A stretch of DNA of 62,255 nt. Source: Opitutus sp. GAS368 (GTDB lineage: Bacteria > Verrucomicrobiota > Verrucomicrobiia > Opitutales > Opitutaceae). Under the pieces are notes generated by a model. That model was not told the origin of the DNA. It did not search any database and was given only the letters and a program-made list of their open reading frames with translations. The DNA lies in the NCBI GenBank assembly GCA_945859965.1, contig CAMAPG010000001.1, positions 1-62,255 of the forward strand, read 5' to 3'. The translations under genes were made by a program, and so were the position numbers. Of the stretch, positions 42,533 through 52,105 are shown in pieces (the first letter of the stretch is position 1; the number at the start of each line of letters is the position of its first letter).

Positions 42533-43399
42533 GTGGCGAGCAGGCAGCGCCCACTGATCACTGTGCTGACCCGCGCTCTCCGCTTCATCCGCTTTTCCCA
42601 CACGATCTTCGCGATGCCGTTCGCGCTTGGCGCGATGCTCGTGGCGGCGGGCGGGCTGCCTTCGGCGAAAACGATCGCACTCATCGTCCTCGCGATGGTC
42701 TGCGCGCGCACGGCGGCGATGGCGTTCAACCGCGTGGTGGATTGGGAACTCGACAAGCGCAACCCGCGCACGGCGCAGCGGCACACGCTGCTGCCACGCC
42801 CAGCGGCCATCACCCTCGTCGTCGTGAGCGCGGCGGCGTTTGTGGCGGTGACGTGGTTCATCAACTGGCTGTGCTTCGCTCTCTCGCCCCTCGCGCTGGC
42901 CATCGTGTTTTTCTACTCGCTGACGAAACGCTTCACTCACGCGAGCCAGTTCTTCCTCGGCCTCGCGCTCGCCGTGTCGCCGATGGGCGCATGGTTTGCC
43001 GTCACGGGTGCATGGGCATGGACGCCGTGCATCCTCGCCGCCGCCGTGCTCGCATGGGTGGCAGGGTTCGACTTGATCTACGCGACGCAGGACTACGAGC
43101 ACGACTGCGCCGCGGGCCTGCACTCGATGGTCGTGAAGCTCGGCATCCCGCGCGCGCTCAGCCTGGCGAAGATCCTGCACGCCGCCGCCATTGCGCTGCT
43201 CGGTGGATTCGGAGCCGCCGCGGGACTCGGCGCGCCGTACTGGTGCGCCCTTGTCATCATCGCAGGCGCGCTCGTGTATGAGCACCGCAGCGCCATGCGG
43301 CTCGATCTTGCGGGGATCAATCGCGCCTTCTTTTTGAGCAATGCAGTCGTCGGTGTTGTTTTTGTCGCCGGCGTTGCGGCGGATGTGCTGAGGCGCTGA
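42533..43399 (+). CDS. UbiA-family aromatic polyprenyltransferase (MqnP-like / 4-hydroxybenzoate polyprenyltransferase-related)
   Basis: 288 aa, with a GTG start immediately after the upstream stop. NRVVDWELDKRNPRT (NxxxDxxxD) and the second Asp-rich block GFDLIYATQDYEHD are present. About 8-9 TM segments. Confidence 0.85.
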   Translation: MASRQRPLITVLTRALRFIRFSHTIFAMPFALGAMLVAAGGLPSAKTIALIVLAMVCARTAAMAFNRVVDWELDKRNPRTAQRHTLLPRPAAITLVVVSAAAFVAVTWFINWLCFALSPLALAIVFFYSLTKRFTHASQFFLGLALAVSPMGAWFAVTGAWAWTPCILAAAVLAWVAGFDLIYATQDYEHDCAAGLHSMVVKLGIPRALSLAKILHAAAIALLGGFGAAAGLGAPYWCALVIIAGALVYEHRSAMRLDLAGINRAFFLSNAVVGVVFVAGVAADVLRR

Positions 43400-43403
43400 T
43401 CCG

Positions 43404-44249
43404 ATGAATGTGAAATTCCCAAGGCTGACACGCCGCCGTTTCTGCGCGGGCATGCTCGCAGGGATGCTCGGCACGGGCGGCTGGATGCGCTTCGTCGAGC
43501 CGTGGTGGTTCAAGACGACCCGCCGCGAGATTCCGCTCGGGCTTGGAGGCGGCCGGTTGAAGCTGCTGCACTTGTCCGATTTTCACGCGGACCCGATGCC
43601 GCTCGATCACCTCGCGAAGTGCATCCGTGCCGGTATCGCGGAGAAGCCGGATCTCATCTGCCTCACGGGCGATTTCATCACTTGGAAATACGAGCAGTGG
43701 GATGCCTACGCCGCGTTGCTGGGCGAAGCGGCCATGGCGGCACCTACGTTTGCGGTCCTCGGAAATCACGATGGAGGTCGCTGGGCGCGCTGGAGCGGGT
43801 ATGCGGACACGACGGCTGTGCGCGCTTTGCTGGAGAAGTCGGGGGTGCGGATGCTGCACAATGACGCAACGCGATTCGAGAACGCGAACGGGAAGATCAC
43901 GCTCGCCGGGCTCGGCGACTTGTGGGCAGGGGAGATGGAACCTGAGCCGCTGCTCGCGAGCCGGAAGCGGGATCGCGACCTGCCGCTGGTTTTGATGTCA
44001 CACAATCCGGACACAAAGGATGAACTACGCTCATTCGAGTGGGATCTCATGCTGAGCGGCCACACGCACGGTGGGCAGCTCCTGCTGCCGATGGTCGGGA
44101 CACCGTTCGCGCCGGTTTTGGACAAGCGCTACGTGCGCGATTTGCACCGCATCGGAGATCGCTGGCTCTACATCACGGCGGGGGTGGGCTGCCTTCACAC
44201 GGCCCGGTTCAATTGCAGGCCGGAGATCTCGCTGCTGACGCTGGTCTGA
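43404..44249 (+). CDS. metallophosphoesterase (calcineurin-like) with Tat-type signal
   Basis: 281 aa. The Tat motif is LTRRRFCAGMLAG. LLHLSDFHAD, LTGDF, LGNHD, MSHNP and SGHTHGGQ are the metallophosphoesterase motifs. Confidence 0.85.
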   Translation: MNVKFPRLTRRRFCAGMLAGMLGTGGWMRFVEPWWFKTTRREIPLGLGGGRLKLLHLSDFHADPMPLDHLAKCIRAGIAEKPDLICLTGDFITWKYEQWDAYAALLGEAAMAAPTFAVLGNHDGGRWARWSGYADTTAVRALLEKSGVRMLHNDATRFENANGKITLAGLGDLWAGEMEPEPLLASRKRDRDLPLVLMSHNPDTKDELRSFEWDLMLSGHTHGGQLLLPMVGTPFAPVLDKRYVRDLHRIGDRWLYITAGVGCLHTARFNCRPEISLLTLV

Positions 44250-44394
44250 GCCGGAACGATGCAGTTGGTGCGGCGCGATCCGTCCGGAACACAGGCTTCC
44301 AGCCTGTGCGGTGGGCAGGCATCATGCCTGCGGCGTCCGCACAGGCTGGAAGCCTGTGTTCCCGCCGCGCTCCCGCAACTGCATCGTTCCGGCT
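44249..44394. repeat. 146-bp long-hairpin palindromic intergenic element
   Basis: A perfect 19-bp outer inverted repeat, AGCCGGAACGATGCAGTTG (44249-44267) / CAACTGCATCGTTCCGGCT (44376-44394). A perfect 26-bp inner inverted repeat spans 44286-44311 / 44337-44362. The central palindrome is GCAGGCATCATGCCTGC (44315-44331). The element starts within the stop codon of the upstream gene. Confidence 0.85.
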
Positions 44395-44461
44395 GAGTGG
44401 TTCAAGGATGGAGGTGAAAATCCTGCTTCTTAACCTGGGGCCGCCCGGTCATTGATCGGGC

Positions 44462-46576
44462 ATGCGCCCGCTTCTTCTCGCAGCCATTTTTTTGCGGACC
44501 TTTTTGCTGTCCGCCGCCGACATCGTTTATCCGCAGACGCGAAAGGACGAGGTTGTGGAGGAGCATTTCGGCGTGAAGGTGAGCGACCCGTATCGCTGGC
44601 TGGAGGACGATAATGCCGCCGAGACAAAGGCATGGGTGAAGGCGCAGAACAAGGTCACGTTCGGCTTCCTCGAAGGCATCCCGCAGCGCGTGAAAATCCG
44701 GGAGCGCCTTCGGAATCTTTGGAATTACGAACGCTTCGGGGCGCCCATCGAGCGCGGCGGGCGCTACTTTTACACGCACAACTCCGGCTTGCAGAACCAG
44801 CGGGTGCTTTATGTCACCGACGCCCTCGACCAGCGGGGCCGCGTCCTGCTCGATGCGAACACGCTCAGCAAGGACGGCACGACTTCGCTCACCGAAATCG
44901 AGCCGAGTGACGACGGCAGATTGCTCGTCTATGGCGTGAGCAAGGCGGGGAGCGACTGGCAGGAGTTCCGCGTGCGCGATGTGGCGACGGGCGAGGATCG
45001 CGCGGACTTGATTTCGTGGGTGAAGTTCAGCGGGGCGTCGTGGGCGAAGGACGGGGGCGGCTTTTTCTACTCGCGCTACGATGCGCCGAAGGAGGGCGAT
45101 GCGCTGAAGGGGAAGAACGAATTTCAGAAGCTGTATTTTCACAAGCTCGGCACGAAACAGGACGAGGATGTGCTGGTGTATGAGCGGAAGGATCACGCGG
45201 ACTGGGGCATCCACGGCGGCGTGACGGACGACGGAAAGTATCTCGTGATGACGATCACGCAGGGTACGGACCCGAAGAACCGCGTGTTTTACAAAGACCT
45301 GTCCGCGCCGGATGCAAAGGTCGTCGAGCTGCTCAACGACTTCGATGCGGACTACGGCTTCCTCGACAACGATGGGCCGGTGTTCCTTTTCCGCACGGAT
45401 CTCGATGCGCCGCGCTACCGCGTGATCGCGATTGATACGCGCGAGCCGGAGCGCGCGAAGTGGAAGGAGATCATCCAGCAGACCGGCGACAAGCTGGACA
45501 GCGTGAGCAGCGTGGGCGGGCAGCTCATTTGCGAATACTTGCAGGACGCGAAGAGCGCGCTGAAGTGCTTCGACATGGCGGGCAAGCCGGTGCGCGACAT
45601 CGCGCTGCCGGGGATCGGGAGCGCGGGTGGCTTCGGCGGGCGGCGAGGGGACAGGGAGACGTTCTATTCGTTCACGAGTTTCACGGTGCCGGGCGCGATC
45701 CACCGCTACGACATTGCGACTGGGAGGAGCACGGTGTGGCGGGAGCCGAAGGTGGATTTCGACGGCGCGGGCTATGAGACGAAGCAGGTGTTTATTCAAA
45801 GCAAGGACGGGACGAAGGTGCCGATGTTCATCACGCACAAGCGCGGCCTGAAGCTCGACGGCACTGCGCCCACGCTGCTCTACGGCTACGGCGGCTTTAA
45901 TATTTCGCTGACGCCCGGCTTCAGCGTTGGCCGCGCGGTCTGGCTGGAAATGGGAGGCGTCTATGCCGTGGCGAACCTCCGCGGCGGCGGCGAGTACGGC
46001 GCCGAGTGGCACCAGGCCGGGACGAAGTTGCGGAAGCAAAACGTGTTCGACGACTTCATTGCGGCAGCGGAGTTTTTGATCGCGGAGAAATACACGTCGC
46101 CCGCGAAGCTTGCGATCCAGGGCGGCAGCAACGGTGGCCTGCTCGTGGGCGCGTGCATGACGCAGCGGCCCGATCTTTTCGCGGCAGCGCTGCCGGGCGT
46201 GGGAGTGATGGACATGCTGCGGTTCCACAAGTTCACCATCGGCTGGGCGTGGAAAAGCGATTACGGCAGCAGCGAAAACGCCGGGGAATTCTCCGCGCTC
46301 CGCGCGTATTCGCCATACCACAATCTCAAGCCTGGCACGCGCTATCCGGCGACGATGGTCACGACGGCGGATCATGACGATCGCGTGGTGCCCGCGCACA
46401 GTTTCAAGTTCGCCGCGCGGTTGCAGGAGTGTCAGGCGAAGGACGGGCCGCCGGTGCTGATCCGGATCGAAACAAGCGCCGGACACGGCGGCGGCACCGC
46501 GCTGAACAAAGTGATCGAGGAGACCGCGGACGAGTGGGCCTTCCTCGCGAAGGTGCTGGGGATGGGGCGTGATTAG
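44462..46576 (+). CDS. prolyl oligopeptidase (S9A family prolyl endopeptidase)
   Basis: 704 aa with a signal peptide. DPYRWLED is the N-terminal signature, followed by a beta-propeller region. The catalytic domain has LAIQGGSNGGLLVGA (GxSxGG nucleophile), DDRV and SAGHGGG. Confidence 0.9.
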   Translation: MRPLLLAAIFLRTFLLSAADIVYPQTRKDEVVEEHFGVKVSDPYRWLEDDNAAETKAWVKAQNKVTFGFLEGIPQRVKIRERLRNLWNYERFGAPIERGGRYFYTHNSGLQNQRVLYVTDALDQRGRVLLDANTLSKDGTTSLTEIEPSDDGRLLVYGVSKAGSDWQEFRVRDVATGEDRADLISWVKFSGASWAKDGGGFFYSRYDAPKEGDALKGKNEFQKLYFHKLGTKQDEDVLVYERKDHADWGIHGGVTDDGKYLVMTITQGTDPKNRVFYKDLSAPDAKVVELLNDFDADYGFLDNDGPVFLFRTDLDAPRYRVIAIDTREPERAKWKEIIQQTGDKLDSVSSVGGQLICEYLQDAKSALKCFDMAGKPVRDIALPGIGSAGGFGGRRGDRETFYSFTSFTVPGAIHRYDIATGRSTVWREPKVDFDGAGYETKQVFIQSKDGTKVPMFITHKRGLKLDGTAPTLLYGYGGFNISLTPGFSVGRAVWLEMGGVYAVANLRGGGEYGAEWHQAGTKLRKQNVFDDFIAAAEFLIAEKYTSPAKLAIQGGSNGGLLVGACMTQRPDLFAAALPGVGVMDMLRFHKFTIGWAWKSDYGSSENAGEFSALRAYSPYHNLKPGTRYPATMVTTADHDDRVVPAHSFKFAARLQECQAKDGPPVLIRIETSAGHGGGTALNKVIEETADEWAFLAKVLGMGRD

Positions 46577-46835
46577 AATCAGATCCAGCGAGGGGAGCGG
46601 ACGCGGCTCGCCGATGAAGGCGGGCGGCGTTAAAAATCGGCACCGGTAGGCGCAAGCAACTTTCTTGCGGCAATTCCGGCTGGGACTTATATGGTTTGGC
46701 ATGCCGCTTCCCACTCGCTCCAGTGCCGAGCCCCCTTCGCTTCCCAGCTCCGCTCGAAAACGCGACTTCCGGTTCACTGGAGACGGGATCAAGTTTCCAT
46801 CAGGATGCGACAGCATCGGTATCCGGGTGACGATC

Positions 46836-49800
46836 ATGCGAGCGTTCGCGGCGATCTTTTCAGTCTGCTTTCTCGCCGCTCTGATTCCACCATCCGTCGA
46901 AGCCCAGACAGCCGGCGGCGCGGCCAGGCCAGGGGGTGCGGAAAAACTGCGGGTGCCGGCGGGGTTCACGGTGGAGGTTGTCGCCGCAGCCCCGATCACG
47001 GGGTATCCGATGATGGGTTGTCTCGATGATCGGGGGCGGCTTTTTCTCGCCGAAAGTGACGGACGCAACATGCAGAAGGACGAACTGACCGCAGCCAAGT
47101 CGCGGCTCATCCGGCTGCTGGAAGACACGGACGGCGACGGGGTTTTCGACAAGAGCACCATCTTCGCGGATGGCATGATCATGCCGGAAGGAGCCTTGTG
47201 GTTTAACAATGCGCTCTACGTGGTGTCCTCGCCTGACCTCTGGAGGCTGGAGGATACCGATGGCGACGGCAAGGCGGACAAACGCGAGAAGATCATCGGC
47301 ACGTTTCAATTCGATGGCCGCCCGAACCAGCATGGACCGTATGTTGATCCGTGTGGCCGCCTGTATATGTCCGGCGGTGTGTTCGGCTATGATCTCGTGG
47401 GCAAGGACGGCACGCGCACCGGGGTCGGGAGCTGCGCCGGTGTTTTCTCCTGCTGGCCCGACGGCACAGGGGTGGAAATCGTCGGCCACGCGGGCATCAA
47501 TCCCGTCGAAGTGGCCTTCTCACCGGAAGGCGAGATGTTCGGCACCTGCGCAATTTTTGACAATGACGGTGGCCGTCATGATGCGCTGATCCATTGGATT
47601 CAAGGCGGCATTGGCCGCCAGCTTTGGGGTGCGCCGCTTTTGAAACAGACCCGGCAGCGATTGCCGGCGCTGAGCCGATGGGGGCAGGTGGCGCCCGCCG
47701 GTCTGGCGCGGTACCGGTCGCCGGTTTTTGGCGCGGATTTCACCGGCAGTTATTTCAGTTGCCATTTCAACACGCACAAAGTCGTCCAGACGAAAATCGT
47801 CCGCCAAGGCGCCACTTTCACGTCGCAAGACAGCGACTTTCTTGTCTCGGACGACATTGATTTTCACCCGACGGATGTCATCGAGGACGCGGACGGCAGC
47901 CTTCTGATCATCAACACGGGAGGGTGGCTGAGCTGGGGCTGTCCGACGTCGAAGATCGCCAAGCCGAACATCCTCGGGGCCGTTTACCGTGTCCGCAAGA
48001 ACGGTGCGGCAGGCCCCGCGGATCCCCGTGGCAACAAGATTGACTGGGCCGCCATTGCGCCTGAGCAACTCGTGGCGTTGCTGGAAGACCCGCGACCCGC
48101 TGTGGAGGACCGCGCCACGGAGACGATGGTGCAACGCGGGGATGCCTCGGTCCCCGTCCTGAAAAAAGAACTCGCCACTTCATCGCGGGAACAAATCCGT
48201 CGCAACGCGGTCTGGGTTTGTTCGCGAATCCGCAGCGCCAAGGCCATGGAATGTATTCGCGCCGCCTTTCAAGATGCGGAGGCCAGCGTCCGGCATGCGG
48301 CGGCCTACAGCGCGGGAACGCTTGGCGACAAGATGGCCGTGGATGCGCTGATCCGGCTGCTGGCCGATCCGGACCCGTCGTTACGCCGCGGGGCAGCGAC
48401 CGCGCTGGGACGCATCGGAGACCGGCGTGCCGCCCCTGCGTTGCTGGGGCTGCTCCCGACCGCTGCTGACACCTACCTGCGTCACGCGGTCATTTATGCG
48501 CTGATCGAGATCAACGACCCGGATTCGGCGTCGCAACAATTGACCAGTCAGAATCCGCACATCCGCGAGGGCGCGCTGATTGCGTTGGACCAGATGAAGG
48601 ATGGAAAGCTGCAAGCGGGGCAGGTTCTCGCCTTGCTGAACACCGACCAGCCGACGCTGAGGCAGTCTGCGCTGGAGATTGTCGCGCGACGTCCGGACTG
48701 GAAGGCGGAAATCGAAAACAAATTTCACAGCACGTTGCAGAATCACACGCGCACCGCGCAGGATGATGAACTCGTGCAGGTCATCCTGTCGTCGTTTGCC
48801 CGCAGCGAGCCGATCCAGAAAGAGGTCGAGTCCGCGCTCCTGTCTGACAAAACGCCGCGCGAGACGCGGATCGCGATTCTAAAGGCGCTGGCGGAGAGTG
48901 ACCTCCAGGCTCTGCCCGATCGGTTCGTGAAGCCGCTGGGCTCGCTTCTGCGCGGCAGCGACGAGGCATTGCTCGAAAACGCGGTGGATGTCATCCGGCA
49001 GAAGGACACTGCCGGGCTTGATGATTCCCTGCTCGAAATCGGAGTTCAGTCATCCCACGGCCTTTCCGTCAGACTCACGGCGCTGATGATCGTGGCGCGG
49101 CACTGCGGGGAGCTGAATGACAAGGCATTTCAGTTTCTGACCGGGACGATGAGGGGAGACAATTTGCCAGTTGACCGGATGCTGGCGGCCAATGCCCTGG
49201 CCACCGCCTCGTTGACCAGCCAGCAGCTTCTCGAACTCACGGATCTGCTGCGCAATGCGGGGCCTTTGGAATTGCCGGTGCTGATCAGTCGTTTCGAGCG
49301 CAATGCCTGGCCGGCCTTCGTCAATGTGGACGTGCAGCCTGGCGGGGGAAGGGTTCATGTCGGGTCCGCCGGCCTTGTGGATGAAAGGCAGGGCCCGACC
49401 GCGATCTGGAACGCATGGGATCCGATCGCCACCGCGGGTCGTGTGTCCCTGGTGGCGTCCGATGGCGCACCGACCAGGCTTTCGCTGAGCCCTGTTCGTG
49501 GCGCGAAGCTGCTTCCTCACACCAGCGGCCAGTTCGACCGGTTGATGGGGAATTTCGTTTACAACGGACTCCCGGATGGCGGCGGGCCCCATCAATCCTT
49601 CATCAACACATTTACGCTGGCCGGACTGCCCGCCGCGGGTCGCTGCGACGTGTGCGTTTATGGTTCGGCGCCTCCGAAAAAACCGAAGCGAGGGGCCGCC
49701 GTCACCCTGACCGATGCGCGCGGCAGCCAGACCCGCCAGATCAGCGGACTCGAACCCGAGGATACGCGGTACGAAGTAGGAAAAAGCCACGCCATGTTTA

Positions 49801-50549
49801 CGAACGTGGCACCCCGGGCAGATGGGACGATCGAATTAAACTGGACGGCGCCTCTCCACGACGAAAAGGGAAATTTCGGCATCTTCAACGGGCTGAGCAT
49901 TGTCATCCCCGAGCCCGATCATGGTCGTGACGCTCCGACAGGTCTTCGCCTCGTCCGATCGCTGGCCGCTTCCAAGGCTCTTGAGAGTCTCTCACCGGAT
50001 CGCATCGAGCGGCTCATTCATCGCTATCCACCCGAGGTCGCAAAATCTTCCGCAACCTTGCTCGATCGCATGCGTGCCCTGCGACAGGACGAGGCGACAC
50101 GCCTGGCGGAACTCCTCAAGCAAACGTCCGGCGGTGATGCCGGGCGGGGCAGGTCCGTTTTCTTTGGCAATCGCGCGGTCTGCTCCAATTGCCACACAGC
50201 CGAGGGACGGGGCGGAAATGTCGGGCCGGATCTTTCACGAATTGGGAAGATCCGCACTGAGCGCGATCTACTGGAATCCATCATCTATCCGAGCGCCACC
50301 GTCGTGAACGGGTACGAGCCGTATTCGATCACCACGAAGGCGGGCAAAGTCCTTACGGCCATGATTGGCCGGCAAAACTCACGCACCATCTATCTCCGGC
50401 AGCCGGACACGCCCGACATCCGCATGGATCGCAGCGAAATCGAGGGCATGAATCGAGTCCCGATCAGCCTCATGCCTCAAGGGCTGGAAAAAGTGATCAG
50501 TAGCGAAGAGTTGCGTGACCTGATCGCGTATCTCAAGTCGTTGGAGTGA
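46836..50549 (+). CDS. PVC-type heme-binding CxxCH protein: membrane-bound dehydrogenase-like domain + HEAT repeats + C-terminal cytochrome c domain
   Basis: 1237 aa from MRAFAAIFSVCFLAALIPPSVEA. GFTVEVVAAAPITGYPMMGCLDDRGRLFLAES matches the TIGR02604-type domain. HEAT-like repeats include DPDPSLRRGAATALGRIGDRRAAPALL. The C-terminal CSNCH...GPDLS...ESIIYPS...MPQGL matches the TIGR02603-type heme domain. Confidence 0.85.
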   Translation: MRAFAAIFSVCFLAALIPPSVEAQTAGGAARPGGAEKLRVPAGFTVEVVAAAPITGYPMMGCLDDRGRLFLAESDGRNMQKDELTAAKSRLIRLLEDTDGDGVFDKSTIFADGMIMPEGALWFNNALYVVSSPDLWRLEDTDGDGKADKREKIIGTFQFDGRPNQHGPYVDPCGRLYMSGGVFGYDLVGKDGTRTGVGSCAGVFSCWPDGTGVEIVGHAGINPVEVAFSPEGEMFGTCAIFDNDGGRHDALIHWIQGGIGRQLWGAPLLKQTRQRLPALSRWGQVAPAGLARYRSPVFGADFTGSYFSCHFNTHKVVQTKIVRQGATFTSQDSDFLVSDDIDFHPTDVIEDADGSLLIINTGGWLSWGCPTSKIAKPNILGAVYRVRKNGAAGPADPRGNKIDWAAIAPEQLVALLEDPRPAVEDRATETMVQRGDASVPVLKKELATSSREQIRRNAVWVCSRIRSAKAMECIRAAFQDAEASVRHAAAYSAGTLGDKMAVDALIRLLADPDPSLRRGAATALGRIGDRRAAPALLGLLPTAADTYLRHAVIYALIEINDPDSASQQLTSQNPHIREGALIALDQMKDGKLQAGQVLALLNTDQPTLRQSALEIVARRPDWKAEIENKFHSTLQNHTRTAQDDELVQVILSSFARSEPIQKEVESALLSDKTPRETRIAILKALAESDLQALPDRFVKPLGSLLRGSDEALLENAVDVIRQKDTAGLDDSLLEIGVQSSHGLSVRLTALMIVARHCGELNDKAFQFLTGTMRGDNLPVDRMLAANALATASLTSQQLLELTDLLRNAGPLELPVLISRFERNAWPAFVNVDVQPGGGRVHVGSAGLVDERQGPTAIWNAWDPIATAGRVSLVASDGAPTRLSLSPVRGAKLLPHTSGQFDRLMGNFVYNGLPDGGGPHQSFINTFTLAGLPAAGRCDVCVYGSAPPKKPKRGAAVTLTDARGSQTRQISGLEPEDTRYEVGKSHAMFTNVAPRADGTIELNWTAPLHDEKGNFGIFNGLSIVIPEPDHGRDAPTGLRLVRSLAASKALESLSPDRIERLIHRYPPEVAKSSATLLDRMRALRQDEATRLAELLKQTSGGDAGRGRSVFFGNRAVCSNCHTAEGRGGNVGPDLSRIGKIRTERDLLESIIYPSATVVNGYEPYSITTKAGKVLTAMIGRQNSRTIYLRQPDTPDIRMDRSEIEGMNRVPISLMPQGLEKVISSEELRDLIAYLKSLE

Positions 50550-50716
50550 GCAGTGCGCCCAACCCAAAAAACGGCAACTGAGCGGGAGAGGGGGCGGCGC
50601 GGTCGGTGGATCGCGTGGCGCGCAACTCGGGATGGCGGCGTTTTCTAAAACGCGAGGGCTGATTTTTGCGGGGAAGCGGATCCGTGCGCGCACACAGGCC
50701 GACCCCGCTCGCCATA

Positions 50717-52105
50717 CTACTTCTTCTTCGCGTCTTCCCTCTTTTTGCGCTCGGCCTCTTCGTTTTTCTTTCTTTCAGCCTCCTGCCTCTTCTTCTCAGC
50801 CTCCTGCCTCGCCCCTTCGGCCTTTTCCTTCTCGGCTTTTTCCCTAGCCTCGCGAGCTGCTTTTTCACTGGCTTCGCGCGCGGCCTTGGCCCTTGCCTCC
50901 TGATCGGCCCTTTCCTTTGCTTCGCGAGCATGTTGCTCGGACTTTAACCTGGCGGCGAGGTCTGCCTTTTCCTTCTCAGACTTGGCCCGCGCCTCCTGGT
51001 CGGCCTTCTCCTTTGCTTCGCGGGCTGCTTTTTCACTGGCTTCGCGCGCGGCTTTGGCCCGCGCTTCCTGATCGGCCCTCTCCTTTGCTTCGCGAGCCTG
51101 TTGCTCGGACTTTAACCGGGCGGCGAGGTCTGCCTTTTCCCTCTCAGACTTGGCCCGCGCCTCCTGGTCGGCCTTCTCCTTTGCTTCGCGAGCTGCTTTT
51201 TCACTGGCTTCGCGCGCGGCCTTGGCCCTCGCCTCTTGATCGGCCCTTTCCTTTACTTCGCGAGCCTGTTGCTCGGACTTTAACCTGGCGGCGAGGTCTG
51301 CCTTTTCCTTCTCAGACTTGGCCCTCGCTTCCTGGTCGGCCTTCTCCTTTGCTTCGCGGGCTGCTTTTTCACTGGCTTCGCGCGCGGCCTTGGCCCTCGC
51401 CTCCTGATCGGCCCTTTCCTTTGCTTCGCGAGCCTGTTGCTCGGACTTCAATCTGGCGGCGAGGTCTGTTTTTTCACGGGCCTCCCGGTCAAGCTGCTCT
51501 CTTGCAGCGCGGCGATCCTGCTCGTCGCGCTGTCGCTGATCCTGCGCGGCTTGCTCGCGCGCCCGCTTCTGCCGCCACTCCAACTCTAACCGCTCCTTTT
51601 CAATCAGCGCCAGACGTGCATTCAGCAAAGCGGTTTGTTGCGCTTGCTCTTGTTCGAGTTTCGTCAGCCGCCCGCGCTCCGCCCGCAATTGCTGTTCGAA
51701 GGCCGTGCGTTCCTGCTCCGATTGCTGCCGCTCTTGCTGGGCATCAATCTCGGCCAGTCGCGCCCTCTGCTGCGCCAACATGCGGTCACGTTCCGCCAAC
51801 TGCCGCTGCATTTCCGCCTGACGCACCATCTCTTCAGCCTGCAATCGCCCCTGTTCTGGATTGGAAACGACAGGGTCCCTGGGATTGACAACGATCCTGC
51901 CATCATTGCCGGGCGTTTCCCGCTGCGGCGTCTTGACCGGTGGCACGTTGAGCACCGGGGGCTTGGAAACTTTTTTCTCCGACGCTGAAGTCGGTCTGCC
52001 CGCGAGACCCTCCTTGTCGGCATCATTGGCAGGAGCGGTGGATGACGGTTTGTCGCAACCGGCAAAAAGCAAACAGACCGCGACTGCCAGGAATTTGGTT
52101 TTCAT
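50717..52105 (-). CDS. coiled-coil lipoprotein with 56-aa tandem repeats (TolA-like low-complexity E/A/K/R region)
   Basis: 462 aa. The lipobox is LLFAGC (Cys17). The rest is almost entirely charged helical sequence, including 3.75 tandem copies of DLAARLKSEQQAREAKERADQEARAKAAREASEKAAREAKEKADQEARAKSEKEKA. Confidence 0.8.
   Translation of the reverse strand: MKTKFLAVAVCLLFAGCDKPSSTAPANDADKEGLAGRPTSASEKKVSKPPVLNVPPVKTPQRETPGNDGRIVVNPRDPVVSNPEQGRLQAEEMVRQAEMQRQLAERDRMLAQQRARLAEIDAQQERQQSEQERTAFEQQLRAERGRLTKLEQEQAQQTALLNARLALIEKERLELEWRQKRAREQAAQDQRQRDEQDRRAAREQLDREAREKTDLAARLKSEQQAREAKERADQEARAKAAREASEKAAREAKEKADQEARAKSEKEKADLAARLKSEQQAREVKERADQEARAKAAREASEKAAREAKEKADQEARAKSEREKADLAARLKSEQQAREAKERADQEARAKAAREASEKAAREAKEKADQEARAKSEKEKADLAARLKSEQHAREAKERADQEARAKAAREASEKAAREAREKAEKEKAEGARQEAEKKRQEAERKKNEEAERKKREDAKKK
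50834..51466. repeat. 168-bp tandem repeat, ~3.75 copies, in-frame inside the lipoprotein gene
   Basis: The anchor CTCGGACTTTAACC(T/G)GGCGGCGAGGTCTGCC recurs at 50936, 51104 and 51272, and in diverged form at 51440. This gives an exact period of 168 nt with few substitutions between copies. Confidence 0.9.

Noticed and set aside
44402-47209. 935-aa minus-strand ORF
   Set aside because: It is antisense to the prolyl oligopeptidase gene and to the start of the PVC heme-binding gene. The composition is Arg/Ala/Leu/His-rich with no motifs.
50834-51466. Regular 168-bp repeats considered as a CRISPR array or non-coding satellite
   Set aside because: There are no unique spacers: the units abut directly and the whole array is in frame within a 462-aa lipoprotein ORF.
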